From: the human T2T-CHM13v2.0 reference genome, Homo sapiens
Direction: 5' to 3' (one strand)
Assembly: GCF_009914755.1 (NCBI RefSeq)
Contig: NC_060927.1
Length of the DNA stretch: 64,000 bases
Shown: positions 27,136 to 39,728 of the stretch, one piece after another
Layout: each line of letters begins with the position of its first letter
Position numbering within the stretch: position 1 is the first letter of the stretch
Program-made: the position numbers and the translations under genes
The notes under the pieces: model-generated
The model's input: the letters and a program-made list of their open reading frames with translations, nothing else
The model's database searches: none
Told to the model about the DNA's origin: nothing

Positions 27136-30100
27136 TCTTGAAACAAATAAAGCCCTCACCTCATTCTGCCAACACTGAAGTGTATCACCTGGCATTCCAT
27201 AGATTCTGTGGATTGAACTGAATTAAAGACAGCCCTGGAGCTGAAACTCAGCTTCCCAGCTCTTGAGCACAGGGCAGCAGGTGGGATGATTTGAAGATCA
27301 TGATGCAGTCGCCTCCGATTTACCCTTGCTTATAAGAGCTTATATCAGAAGCCGGGTGAGCCTCTGGAATTACATACAAGAGTGAGTGTCCATTGGGAAC
27401 AGGAAACAAGATTGGGAATGGGAGATGAAGGGACAATAAATAAAATAATACAAGAGAGACTGTGCAGTAAATAAGGATAACCATGTACTACAAACTGAGG
27501 AATGGGGATGATCATTCCCATTCTCCATACCTAGGTAGAAAAAATATTCTTCACTGAAAGCCAGGATATTATCTCTTTTAATCCTTACAAGACTGAGAAA
27601 TACATTATCCTCATTTTATTAGGGAGCAGAAAAGGTGAACTCAAGATAGGTACTTGTGTAAGTTCACTCCATTGACAAATAGGGATGAAAACCCATCCCT
27701 ATTGGCTCCACAGCCTGTGTTTCCACCATAATACAACTTTCTTTTCTGAAGTTTATGCTGCATGTGGTTTTCTATTGATGTGCAATATTATGGTTATGTT
27801 GTAGTAAAGCGCTCTTCCCATGGGCCACATACATTTCATTTTTTCTCTGAATCTTACTTGAGTTTTCTTCATTCTAGAGGCAGACTGCAAACATGTGGCT
27901 TTTGAAGCTGGAAAGAGGCTACTTTTGGTGGTGTCTATGTAAACATATAGAAAAAATATATAACTAACATTCATATCCTTCAAAAAGAATATCTGGATAA
28001 TTCAAGTGACTGTAATAAAACTTTCACATTCTACCACCATTTTGATACATAAAAAGAGCTGCAAAAACTCCAATCACAGAGTCTTTGTCAAATATCCTTA
28101 CTATGTCTACAACTCACCAGCGTTCTTTAAAAAAAAAAAAAAGACATTTGAAAAGTCTCCAGGTAAGCCACAATGAACGAGCCCCACTCCTTCTTCATAA
28201 ATCACTCTATTGTGTAGTGATGCACCATCAAGACAGGCCACATTTATCTCCCCAAAGCAAGCCTGGCAAGAATGTGTTCAGAAAATATTGGTCATGTTAT
28301 CTTTACAAAGGTTAAGAGAAGGATTTGCTTATCTATAATGATTTATGGAACTGACAAGTGGGTGTACAAATGTGGCCAGGAAATGCACAAGAGTAGACAG
28401 AATGGCTTAGAACAAAATTACAGTGTCAGGGCACAAAGCAGATAGCTCCATCCTATAATGGGACAAGAGATCTGGGATTCATAAATCACGTTTGTCAAGA
28501 ATAAATAAAAAGAGAACCAGATGAGGCCAGTAGCCCTTGTTGTTTTCTATCTCTCTCATAATTTGTTGAACTGCCCTGCCAAGCTTCTGTCAGAGATAAG
28601 AGCCTCTATTGCTTCCTTGCTATCTCCAGATTAGGTCTAAACACCAATAAATAAGACACACTGGCTTCTGTTTGTGTGTCCTGTCCAGATTGGACTTTCC
28701 TTGTGACTGTTAAATGCTTTTCTGTGACTTGACAATTTAAGCAGTGAACAGGTGTATCTGTGCAAGACCCCGTGTCAAACCCATCCAATGAATAAATCCT
28801 CAGTGGCTACAACAGGAATGCCTGAATTCTAGTTCTAGTTCTGCCAATATCTATCTGAGTGACTTTGGACAAGTTTCTTGTTTTCATTTCTTCCGTTTTG
28901 CAACACCATTTAAAAAAGAAACATCATCCATCAGGTAGAAAAGCTGAGATAATAATACAGTCAGGCCAAGAAAAACTAAATGAAGTAATTCTCATGCCCT
29001 AGCCCCATGGCTATTTCATTACCAAGTATGTTGGAGGGTTTGGAGGATGAGGGGGGAGGACAAGTGGCAAATATTTATTAAATAGACTTAAAGACAAGTC
29101 TCATATATTTAGATGAAGAAATGGAATAGATGTGTGCTCAATTTGTCAGCCTTTTAATTCTGAAATTACATAATTGACCTTAGAAAGGATAGCTAACCAT
29201 CTGCTGATTTAATTGACATTTTAACACCAACTGAACTGTTCTGGAATAAAAATACCTTCTGACTTCCTGGTTTTTGCAAAACATTCTCTTGAGTTTTACT
29301 CTGACCCTAACAAAATTCAAAGACAAACAAAGTTCAATACAACTCCCACTCCTGCCCCTTCTGCTATTTTAAGCTCTAACTGTACCATGGGTAGCAATTG
29401 ATATAAGCACCTTGCCAGAAAACCTTTATTTTAATTCCCTAGAGAAGACAGCTAACCTCCAGGTGTTCCATTCAACGGATACTGTGCATGCTGTCATGAG
29501 CATACGCTTGTTTTTATAAATTTTGAAGTCTGAGCTTAGAACAAATATTGTTTCAAGACCATTTGCAGATTAAAATACGGAAGGTGTCACTGCTCAGGTG
29601 CTTGTCCCCTGCATCCTCTCCCAGCCTGCTCCCTGAATGGTCTGTGTACCTACAAGGAGGCAGAGTGAGTGCCTCAATCAATCCTCACCCTCATGCTTTA
29701 CCCTTGTACTCAACCGCAGCTCTATCTGTTCTGGCTCCTGACTTGCTGGCTTCATTTCCCATGTTCAGATTAGTACCCACTCTTTATACCTGACTGAGCC
29801 ACTCCAATTTGGAGTTTGTCGCTGTTTCTGCACAAAAATTGTACCTGCTCTGAAGATCTGTCTAATTTTCAATGAGTCCACCCAGTCAAGTTCTGGCCCT
29901 ATTATCCTAAACTACATGGCCCTCCCAGAGCTACTAGGAGGGAAGATGTGGCAGATCATCTGTATGGGGCTGCAGCATCCATACTCAGCCATCTCAGAGT
30001 GTGGACACAGAGCCCTCCACTTTCTCAGTTCCTTAAGCAGAAAACACAAGAGAGTAAGAGTCAAAAGAGTTGCAAAAGAAGGCTGATCTTCCCAGGACAG

Positions 30101-30139
30101 GGAAAATCCAACAGATATGGGAGTCCAGGATTTTTTCAA

Positions 30140-30820
30140 ATGTTCTTTTTGTTGAACTATAGCATATGTATAGAAGAGTTCAAAATTACACACGTACAGG
30201 TTGATGGCTCATCACAGAAAAACACACCCATCTATCAACCACCCAGATTCAGAAATACAACATTACCAGCATTCCAGAAATCCCCCTCAAGTGCCCCCAA
30301 TTAGCAGCCTTTCCTCCTCCTCGAAAGAAACCTGACTTCTGTCCCCAGGCATTAGTTTGTCTATGTTTGAATTCTATATAAATAAAATTACACAGAACAT
30401 ATTATTTTGGGTCACATTTCTCTAGCTCAACATTGTGAGACTTTTCCATATTGTCACATGTATCTCATTCATTTTTATTTCTGTATAGTATTCCATTTAA
30501 TGAATGAATTAATAAATGAGTATTCCATAATTTATTTATTCATTCTAATGCCGATGGATTTTTGGTGTATTTGGAGTTTGGAACTACTATGAACAAAAAT
30601 GCTACAAATATTATTGTACTGACTTTTAGCACATATATGTATACAGTTCTGTTGGGTAGATACCTAGAGTTGAATTTCTGTCACAGACTTCATTGGATGC
30701 TGCCAAAGAGTTTTCCAAAGTGTTTATATCAATTTACATACCAATTTACTATCAGCAGTGTTTGGAGTTCCAGAAGCCCTGCCTTATCACCCATACTTTA
30801 TATTGTCAGTCTTTAACTCT
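30140..30820 (-). mobile_element. Old L1 (L1MC/ME-like) 3' fragment
   Basis: gtatagtattccatt...gtagatacctagagttgaattt...ttttccaaagtgttt is the antisense L1 3' pattern. Confidence 0.7.
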
Positions 30821-31039
30821 TCCGATGTGTGGATGACAGTACTATCCTAGACCCAGGCAAAACAATAAGCTACTCTACGCCATAGGCTTTGGAAGGCCCT
30901 GGTCTGACCCTCCTACTGTACCACCCCACAAAATTCTTCTGGGCCAAAGACAAATGGAGCCAAAGAGGACTGACTGACAGAATTAACAAGATAGGCCTGA
31001 CTGTGACAGATCTAACTCTATACTCTGAAGATAGAGAAT

Positions 31040-32430
31040 ATATTTAATAAAAATTATAAAAACTTTGTAAACATTTTTATTACAAAAATAGCTTTACCAA
31101 AAAAAAGAAATAAAAAAGGGTAAATAAACAAAGAAAGTGAAAAAATTTAAAGGATAACACTAGACTTCATTGCTTAACTCTATGAAACGATGAATGAAAT
31201 ATGTATTTTCCTAAGAGAGTATAATTTATAAAAACTGGTGTCAGGAAATGAAAAAATTCTATATAGACTGATTTTCAAAGAAAATTTTGGAAAAAAATAA
31301 ACAACTAATTTACCAGCTCTGAAAAGAGTCCTAAGTCCAGGCCATTTACAGAGATTGTTTCAAAATATGAAAAAGATAAAAAACAAAAGAGAAAGAAATA
31401 ATATATTCACATTTTTTTTAAATTATGTGATTATAATATTAATAGCAAAATTTGATACAGATCATAAAGATGGCCCAAAACAGAGAAACTTAGCTGGCTT
31501 TACTTATGTGTATCAGTATAAAAATTGTTATTAAAATATTAGGAAAGACAATCTAGCAGCACAAGGAACAATACATACTGACTATGTAGGTTTTTTCAAG
31601 GACGGTTCAGTATTAGGATCTGTTAGTATATTCTACCATATTTGTATAAGTAAAGAGAAAAAACATACGATTCTCTCTGTAGACAATGAAATGGCATTTG
31701 ACAAAATTTGGCAACCATTCTTGATATGCATAAATGAATAAATAACAAAAATATTCCATACAAATGTCTAAATGTATACTACTCTAACATGATTAAAGAT
31801 GTTCTTTTCAACCCACATGCCAGCCTCAAGCTTATAGAGAAACACCAAGTCAGAATGACGTGAGGACATTTACTATAACCACTAGCACATTACATCATAC
31901 TCTAGGTCCTGCCCCGTGTGATCAAACAACAAAAGATACTGCAGGATTAAAATTGGAAAGAATGATGTAACACTTTCACTGTGTACAAATCATTTTATTG
32001 TATACCTGGAGTATCTTCTGCCTTAAATTGACTGAAAAACTATGACAATGAATTTTACTAAGTTAGCAAGGAACAATTTAAAATATAGAAATCAATGGCT
32101 TTCAGGTACATAAATACTCAACAGTTAGAAGATATAATGAAAGACATTACTCCATTTACATGAGAAATAATATAAAATAGCTACTCATAGTCTTAGCAAG
32201 CAATATTCTATAACTACAATAAGAAAATCTTCAAATTCTAGTAACTAACCCAAAAGAAAATTTGAAAAAATTGAAAGGCATACCATTTTACTGTATGGGA
32301 AGATTCAACATCATAATGATGTCAAATCTCTCTGAATTAATTTGTAAATTTAACAGTATTTTTATAAAAATATCAATAGGTAGTTTTAGAAGTATATATG
32401 CTTATTTTAATTTTTATATAGAAAAAAGAC
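31040..32430 (+). mobile_element. Very old L1M ORF2 fragment
   Basis: Degenerate ORF2 motifs (ggcatttgacaaaattt, GRFNIIMMS). Confidence 0.7.
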
Positions 32431-34029
32431 ATACAAGCAAACAAAATCCACTGCACATCAAAAAGTTAATTCATCCTGATCAACTAAAGTAGGCTTTATT
32501 CCTGGGATGCAAGTTTGGTTCAACATATGCAAATCAATAATTCACCACATAAACAAAATTAAAAACAAAAATCATATGATCATCTCAATTGACACAGAAA
32601 AAGCATTTGATAAAATCTAACATTCCTTCATGATAATAACTCACAACAAACTAGGCATCAAAGGAACATACCTCAAAATAATAAAAGCCATCTATGACAA
32701 ACCCATAGCCAACATCATACTGAATGGGTAAAAGTTGCAAGCATTCCCCCTAAGAACTGGAACAAAACAAAGATGCACACATGGATGAAATTGGAAATCA
32801 TCATTCTCAGTAAACTATCGCAAGAACAAAAAACCAAACACCGCATATTCTCACTCATAGGTGGGAATTGAACAATGAGAACACATGGACACAGGAAAGG
32901 GAACATCACACTCTGGGGACTGTTGTGGGGTGGGGAGAGGGGGAAGGGATAGCTTTAGGAGATATACCTAATGCTAAATGATGAGTTAATGGGTGCAGCA
33001 CACCAGCATAGCACATGTATACATATGTAACTAACCTGCACATTGTGCACATGTACCCTAAAACTTAAAGTATAATAATAATAAAATTAAAAAAAACAAA
33101 GATGCACACTTTTATCATTCCTGTTCAACACAGCATTGGGAGTCCTAGCCAGAGTAATCAGGCAAGAGAAAGAAACAAAAGGCATCCAAATAGGAAAAAA
33201 GGAAGTTGAATTATCTCTCTTCACTGATAATATGACTCCACACCTAGAAAACCCTTAAGACTCTGTCAAAAGGCTCTTAGATCTGATAAACAACTTTAGT
33301 AAACTTTAAACAACTTTAGTAAAGTTTCAGGATACAAAATCAATGTACAAAATCAGTGGCATCTTTATATACCATGTTATATCTTTATAACATTGAAGCT
33401 GATAGCCAAATCAAGAACATAATTATATTTACAATAGCCACAAAAAACTAAAATACCTGGGATTTTAGTTTTTACCAAAAAGGTAAAAGATCTCTACAGG
33501 AAGAACTACAAAACACTGCTGAAAGAAATTAGAGACAACACAAACAAATAGAAAAACATTCCATTCTCAGATATTGGAAGAATCAATATTGTTAAAATGT
33601 CCATATTTCCAAAAGATATTTACAAATCCAACACTATTCCTATCAAACTGCCAACATCATTTTTCACATAATTAGAAAACACTATTCAAAAATTTATATG
33701 AAGATCCCCCAAAAATAAAGCAGTCCTAAGCAAAAAGAACAAATCTAGAGGCATCACATTACCCAACTTCAAACTATACCACAAGCCTACAGCAACCAAA
33801 ACAGCATGGTACTGGTACAAAACTACACACATAGACCAACGGAACAGAATAGAGAACCCAGAAATAAAGCTACATACCTACAACCAACTGATCTTTGGCA
33901 AAGTTGACAAAAATCAGCAATGGGGAAAGGACTTCCGATACAATAAATGGTGCTGTTATAACTGGCTAACCATATGCAGAAGAATGAAACTGGACCCCAG
34001 AGCTTTACAATACACAAAAATTAACTGGA
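32431..34029 (+). mobile_element. L1PB/old-L1PA ORF2 fragment, interrupted by a young L1 and cut off at its 3' end
   Basis: RT and C-terminal ORF2 sequence (tttattcctgggatgcaag; aaacagcatggtactggtac). Ends abruptly at aaaattaactgga. Confidence 0.85.
32781..33092 (+). mobile_element. 5'-truncated young L1 (L1PA3-like, ~310 bp)
   Basis: L1PA 3' UTR plus tail, flanked by a perfect 17-bp TSD AAAACAAAGATGCACAC (32764-32780 and 33093-33109). Confidence 0.93.
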
Positions 34030-34737
34030 TAGAATGGCGATCATTAAAAAGTGAGGAAACAACAGGTGCTGGAGAGGATGTGGAGAAATAGGAAGACTTT
34101 TACACTGTTGGTGGGACTGTAAACTAGTTCAACCATTGTGGAAGTCTGTGTGGCAATTCCTCAGGGATCTAGAACTAGAAATACCATTTGACCCAGCCAT
34201 CCCATTACTGAGTATATACCCAAAGGATTATAAATCATGCTGCTATAAAGACACATGCACACGTATGTTTACTGCGGCACTATTCACAATAGCAAAGACT
34301 TGGAACCAACCCAAATGTCCAACAGTGATAGACTGGATTAAGAGAATGTGGCACATATACACCATGGAATACTATGCAGCCATAAAAAATGATGAGTTCA
34401 TGTCCTTTGTAGGGATACGGATGAAGCTGGAAACCATCATTCTCAGCAAACTATCACAAGGACAAAAAACCAAACACTGCATGTTCTCACTCATAGGTGG
34501 GAATTGAACAATGAAAACACATGGACACAGGAAGGGAAACATCACACACCGGGGACTGTTGTGGGGTGGGGGGAGGGGGGAGGGATAGCCTTAGGAGATA
34601 TACCTAATGCTAAATGACAAGTTAATGGGTGCAGCACACCAACATGGCACATGTATACATACATAACATACCTGCACATTGTGCACATGTACCCTAAAAC
34701 TTAAAGTATAATAATAATAAAATTTTTTAAAAAAAAA
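34030..34737 (+). mobile_element. 5'-truncated L1PA4-like element
   Basis: ORF2 C-terminal peptide (ORF 34136-34507), L1PA 3' UTR and A tail. No TSD found. Confidence 0.9.
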
Positions 34738-36109
34738 GATTATAGGGACCCTGCCCTCGCCCCACCAGCAGCTTGTAACATCAACCACTTTCCTCCTCAT
34801 CCCTTTTGTCTGGAGCAAAGTGATGTCTTTTTACACCTCCCAGTGAGGATGTGCTCAGAATCAATCATGCACACTCAGGAACAGAGGGCTGCAGGAAGGA
34901 GAGGAGCCTCTACAGAGAAACCCACCCCCTTATAACTTATGTATCAGCCTTTTAGAGAGAAGTGGGTAGTCTATGAGAAGAGCCCTACATGTGAGAGCCA
35001 GCAGGGACCTCAGACAACATCTAAGTCCAGTTCTGCCTTTAACAATAAAGAAGCCACTGATGCCATGTGGCTAACATTTAACTAATGTGACATGACTTGC
35101 CTACTGACAAGCCTGGAACTAGAACCCAGGCCTCAGGTTCTTTTCATAAATTTTGGAGGAAGAGAGAGGAGATGCTTCAATCTAGAGGTCTCAACAGTCA
35201 TTAGAGCCTGTTGGGTGACCTTGGCTAAGACAGGAATAAGGTTTAACAAAGAAATATTGTAAGTGTTATTCCAAAGGGGACAAGGAAAGAAAGGAAAAAG
35301 TAGAGACTCAAAGTGGAATTAACAAAGAGAGAGAGCAGGTATTGTAACCAAGGCCCAACTTATTTTCCCTAATTCTGGGAAACTGATTCCACACCTACAT
35401 ACACCTTAAGACATTTCTAGAAATATTCTCAATATTTAGACCAATGAATTTCAAAAGCAGAAATTGAAAAGGATTATATTTTTACTAGGTTCGCCTTCCC
35501 CTCCCAGTCTTTTTTTTCCCAATGTACTTTTTTGGGAAAGATTTCTTTTTAGTATTTTATGCCAGTTTCAAGAGTGGCATAAGGAAGTACATATATACAA
35601 TCACTTCCTGAGTTTCAGTTTGGATTTATTATTATACTCTCTTCAGGGGAATAAGACTTAAGAGTTCTCTTTAAGGATTTTACTGAATTACAATAATTGA
35701 CCAAAATAAAGTTTTCATATTGTAGTGCTAGACCAATTAGTGGACTGTGAAATCAATGTGGGGAAATATAAATATAAACTGCAAGTTTTATTTTACAAGT
35801 TAAAAGGAAAATACTAAGTTTCATTATGTGTGATAAAAGGAGAAATTGTTTTCTGCATGCTTCATTTAAATGTATTAATTATTTCTTACTTTATCTTGTA
35901 TTCAAAAGAGTTTGAGCAAAAGTGCTTCAAGTAGAGAGGTCTAATTCATCCATTTTCTCTTGGGATTTTTTCTCATTTTTTTTTAACCACGTTATACAAA
36001 TGGTATTATGGAGATGGGAACACAAATCTCATCAATGACTGATGGATTAGCCTTTTCTAAGAAGTAGTCACACATCTGGGGCACTTCCACGTTGATAGCC
36101 TGAGATCAT

Positions 36110-36300
36110 AGTAGACCAAAAGTCCTTGTCATCTTTAGCTGCATATTAGAATCACATGGGAGCTTTTGAAAGCTAGTGACACCCAAACCATGCTGCAGAC
36201 CAGTTAAGTGAGAATCTCAAGCTGTGAGTTCAAGGATTTTATGTTAAATGAAATCTCACCAGGTGCTTATTGCATGGCAGCACGATTTAGAGATACCAAA
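36110..36300. mobile_element. MER5A-like hAT fragment (another near 61480-61630)
   Basis: gctgcatattagaatcacatgggagctttt pattern. Confidence 0.6.
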
Positions 36301-36930
36301 TGCACCAAACCAATTCCCCATCATTTTCTTTCCATTCTCCATTTCTCTCAAAATTGGCTTCACTCCCAGCAGCTCTATGGATTTTATTCTTCCTTCTAAT
36401 GATTTCAGTTAAATTACTGTCTTGTCAACTGGGCTAGTCCAAGGCACAGATTGTCCTCTATTATTGTCTATCATCCTGGGTATTCATAAAGCTGGGCCCT
36501 AGACTCACTTTCCCAAAGTTAGATCATAAAATGCTCTTTTATGTTCTCTGGCCTCAAAATTCACCTGAGTTGAATTTAAATCAGAAATTTTTAAAGAGAG
36601 ATTAGGATGCACCTCATGATCTGTGCAGTTCTGAAGTACTGCCCTCTGCATCTACTTTTGGACTGATTTCCCCTTAGGGTGCCATAAATGTCCTCCAGTT
36701 TATGTCAGGTCAAATGAGTCCATGAGGTGCAGACACTGAGTCCCTGAAAACTCCATCCACCTTGGCACTAGGCTGCACATCTGACTAAAGGGTGAAGACA
36801 AATGTGACTCCAGGCCAGTAGGGAATGCCCACCTGTCACCCAGGTTCTAATTTAATTTCTAATTGGACTTCCTTGTGCTCAGTTTTAACACTTCTCATTC
36901 ACTTGTATAAGGTGAGGATTAAGGGTTGAT

Positions 36931-36936
36931 TTTATT
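36931..36936 (-). terminator. Candidate poly(A) signal of the NBPF pseudogene
   Basis: AATAAA on the minus strand about 420 nt downstream of the stop codon. Usage not demonstrable from sequence. Confidence 0.3.
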
Positions 36937-37358
36937 GGGTTGCTCAGAATCAGACCCAAGAGGAAAGTCTACATGTAAATGATGTATTAAGGCAATGCTC
37001 CCTCTAGAAAGAGGTAATGGAGTTTGGGGAAGGAAAAGCAAATACGCCAAAAAAAAAGAAATTTGTGATTTCAGGGAAAGAACTGCTGTTCAGGAGTTTA
37101 AAATATGCTCTTTGGGTCAGGAGAGTGGAGCCAGTCTCTCCTGTTGCCAGGAGAGGGACTATCAGGACAACAGTAGGAACAGAGTAGAGCTCAGAGAGCA
37201 AACAGGAGATGAGGATGGGAGGGCTTGGCAGGGTGGCAGCCCATGGGACACAGAAGTAAGACCAAAAAAATGTATTGGGAGAATGAGCTGTCATCATAGA
37301 CAGAAATAAATAAGGAATTAGTGCATCTAAGAGCCATTGATGTGATTACCTCTGTACC

Positions 37359-37561
37359 TTAAGCTTGAAGGCAAGGAAATCTGCATGCCAGTCTGAACTT
37401 GCTCAACAGCAGTTTTCTTTTGATAATCTGTTTCAGAACACTTGAGGCATGAATGTGGCCAATGACTTGACACTCATGCATGTTGTCAGCTGGACCTTCA
37501 AGATCATCATCCTCCAGTTGGGGAGGGTTCTTCATTCTAAGGGAAGGCTCCAAACCCAGCT
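37359..37561 (-). pseudogene. NBPF last coding exon (open; ends ...RFPCLQA*)
   Basis: Acceptor ttttcag|AGCTG. Peptide ELGLEPSLRMKNPPQLEDDDLEG... TAA at 37359-37361. Confidence 0.88.
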
Positions 37562-39491
37562 CTGAAAATAAAACCACAGCTATCAGGATCCACTATTATC
37601 CATGATCTTACTGTAACTTACTCTTTTACCCAAGAGTAATATCAAAGAAAGTGGCTTTAGATGTAAAAGTCCAAGAGGTGAGGTGAAGCCAGTAGGGACA
37701 CTTTGATTTTTTATTTGTTGATTTTTCTTACATTAATGATAAGATTATTGGAAGACAAAAGTGCCCCCAACTGATAAAAATATTCAAGAAAAATTAAATT
37801 AGTGAACACAAATAGCTCCCAAGAGTATAAGGCAAAGGCAAGGAAATTATACTGGATATAGGCCGTGCTTTTTTAAAGGGGGGATTATAAAAATCAAGCA
37901 AAATCAAAACTGAAGGAACATCTCATGAAAGAAAAGAACTAGGGAAGACTAAACCTGGTGAATTTATAAAACTTGCAAAAATATATATTTCATATATATA
38001 CACTCCATATAATATACAAACCAAATATATATAATGTATATGACAAATGATGTAAGTGTACATACCAATATATATTAATCTAATTGAATAATTACATAAT
38101 TATGTTCAATATCTTAGGAGATATTGAACATAACATTATAATCATTATCCTGCTCTGTTGAAGTTGGAAAAACCAATTAGAAACATAAGAAGAATGAGAT
38201 AGAAGGTGTGCTGAAAAACAAATGACCTGTTAGACAGCAAGAAGAAATCACCAGGTGAAGGAGAATAAAACAGAAAGCATTCATTCTATCTTCTTGCCTA
38301 GAGCTTGGTTCATGCTCAGGACTCTGGAAAAAAGTGAGCAGGAGAAACAGTGTCTGAAGCAGTAAGGTTAGTTCCGGTTGGAGCTGTTGGAATATATGGA
38401 GAAGTAAAAGAGAGACAGGAAGAAAGAAAAGAGGATTAAATACTACAAGTTATCATAGCACATGTCAGGAACTATGCACCCCTGACACTCACTGAGCACT
38501 TTCCATGAAACCTCTCCTTGGAGCCAGACTGGTACTCATCACTTCACATGACCCTCACCGGCTCCTGAGAACATGCATCTCCTGATGTCTCAGATGGGGG
38601 CATCACCTGACAGAGGAGCATCAGGCAGCCCCAGAGGCTCCAGAAGGAGAGAGTGAGAGGGACAGAGAGTGAGGATGCACATGACCCAGAATGATGAAAA
38701 TCTGAGCAGAAGTGGATCCTCGTGAGAAGAAAACAGAGGACATAGCTGTGGAGATGGTGAATTAAATGGAGTATCATGAAAGAAACTGATTTGCACTCTT
38801 TACATATGAAAGTTACCCTTTATTTCAAAGAGAGTGTAAAAACAGAAAAAAAAATAAGCTGGATATGTCAGGAGACTGACTTGTGGGACCAGAATTTCTA
38901 TTTTTATTAAATGTGGCTAATACATTGTTATTGAAAGTGCCTAATGGGGGGAAATTAGCTTAATAAGGGATGGTGAAGGAGAGGGAGGAAATTGGCAAAT
39001 GAGACTTACTGAGAAAGCAAAGGAAGAGGGGTCCCTTAAAAGCAGAGATGTTAAAAATCGTTCTACCTCAGATGAAAAAACACATGTGAAGTCACATTCT
39101 AAGTGTTAATTTGCCAGAAAGATAAAAGAATTAGATAACATCTATTCATAGGTTTATGAGCAATTCTTATTGAACACAGCACTCTGGAAATTCTCATAAT
39201 TAATTCTCTCAACAATGATTACAGGTAGATATAATTTCTGAGGAAACGAGATATAAATACCAAAAAGACAAATAACTTGGCCAAGGTGAACAACTGTAAG
39301 TGGCAAATCCAGGACCTGAGAGCAGATTTGTTCATAAATCCCAGGTCCTTACTCACTTCACTACATTAGAGCAATGTGGATTTCAAGTTGATCCTCAGTG
39401 AGCATGCAGAGGCCCCCTTGTCTCCTCCACCCACAACACCATGACAGCCAGCACCTGGATTAGAGTTTCCTATTCCCCTTTCCTTCCCTAC

Positions 39492-39728
39492 CTTGGAAGG
39501 GCCATTGGTTCCCAGAATCAGATTTGGCTGTGAAGGTCCGGGTGGTGGAGGAAATGCACCACCTGACTATGCCATAGCCATAATCAAACCGTTGATCCAG
39601 CTGCAATTGCATACAACTGAGCACCAGGGTACTTGGCTCCAGCTGTGCATGTGAAGATTGCACCTCTGACAGGCGGTGGCTCAAGTCTCCACTCCAAGAC
39701 CCTTGGGGACAGACCTCCTGCATGGGAA
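39492..39728 (-). pseudogene. NBPF penultimate exon (237 bp, open)
   Basis: cctttcag|TTCCC ... TTCCAAG|gtaggg. Peptide MQEVCPQGSWSGDLSH...SGNQWPFQ, homologous to the NBPF4/6 C-terminal region. Confidence 0.88.
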
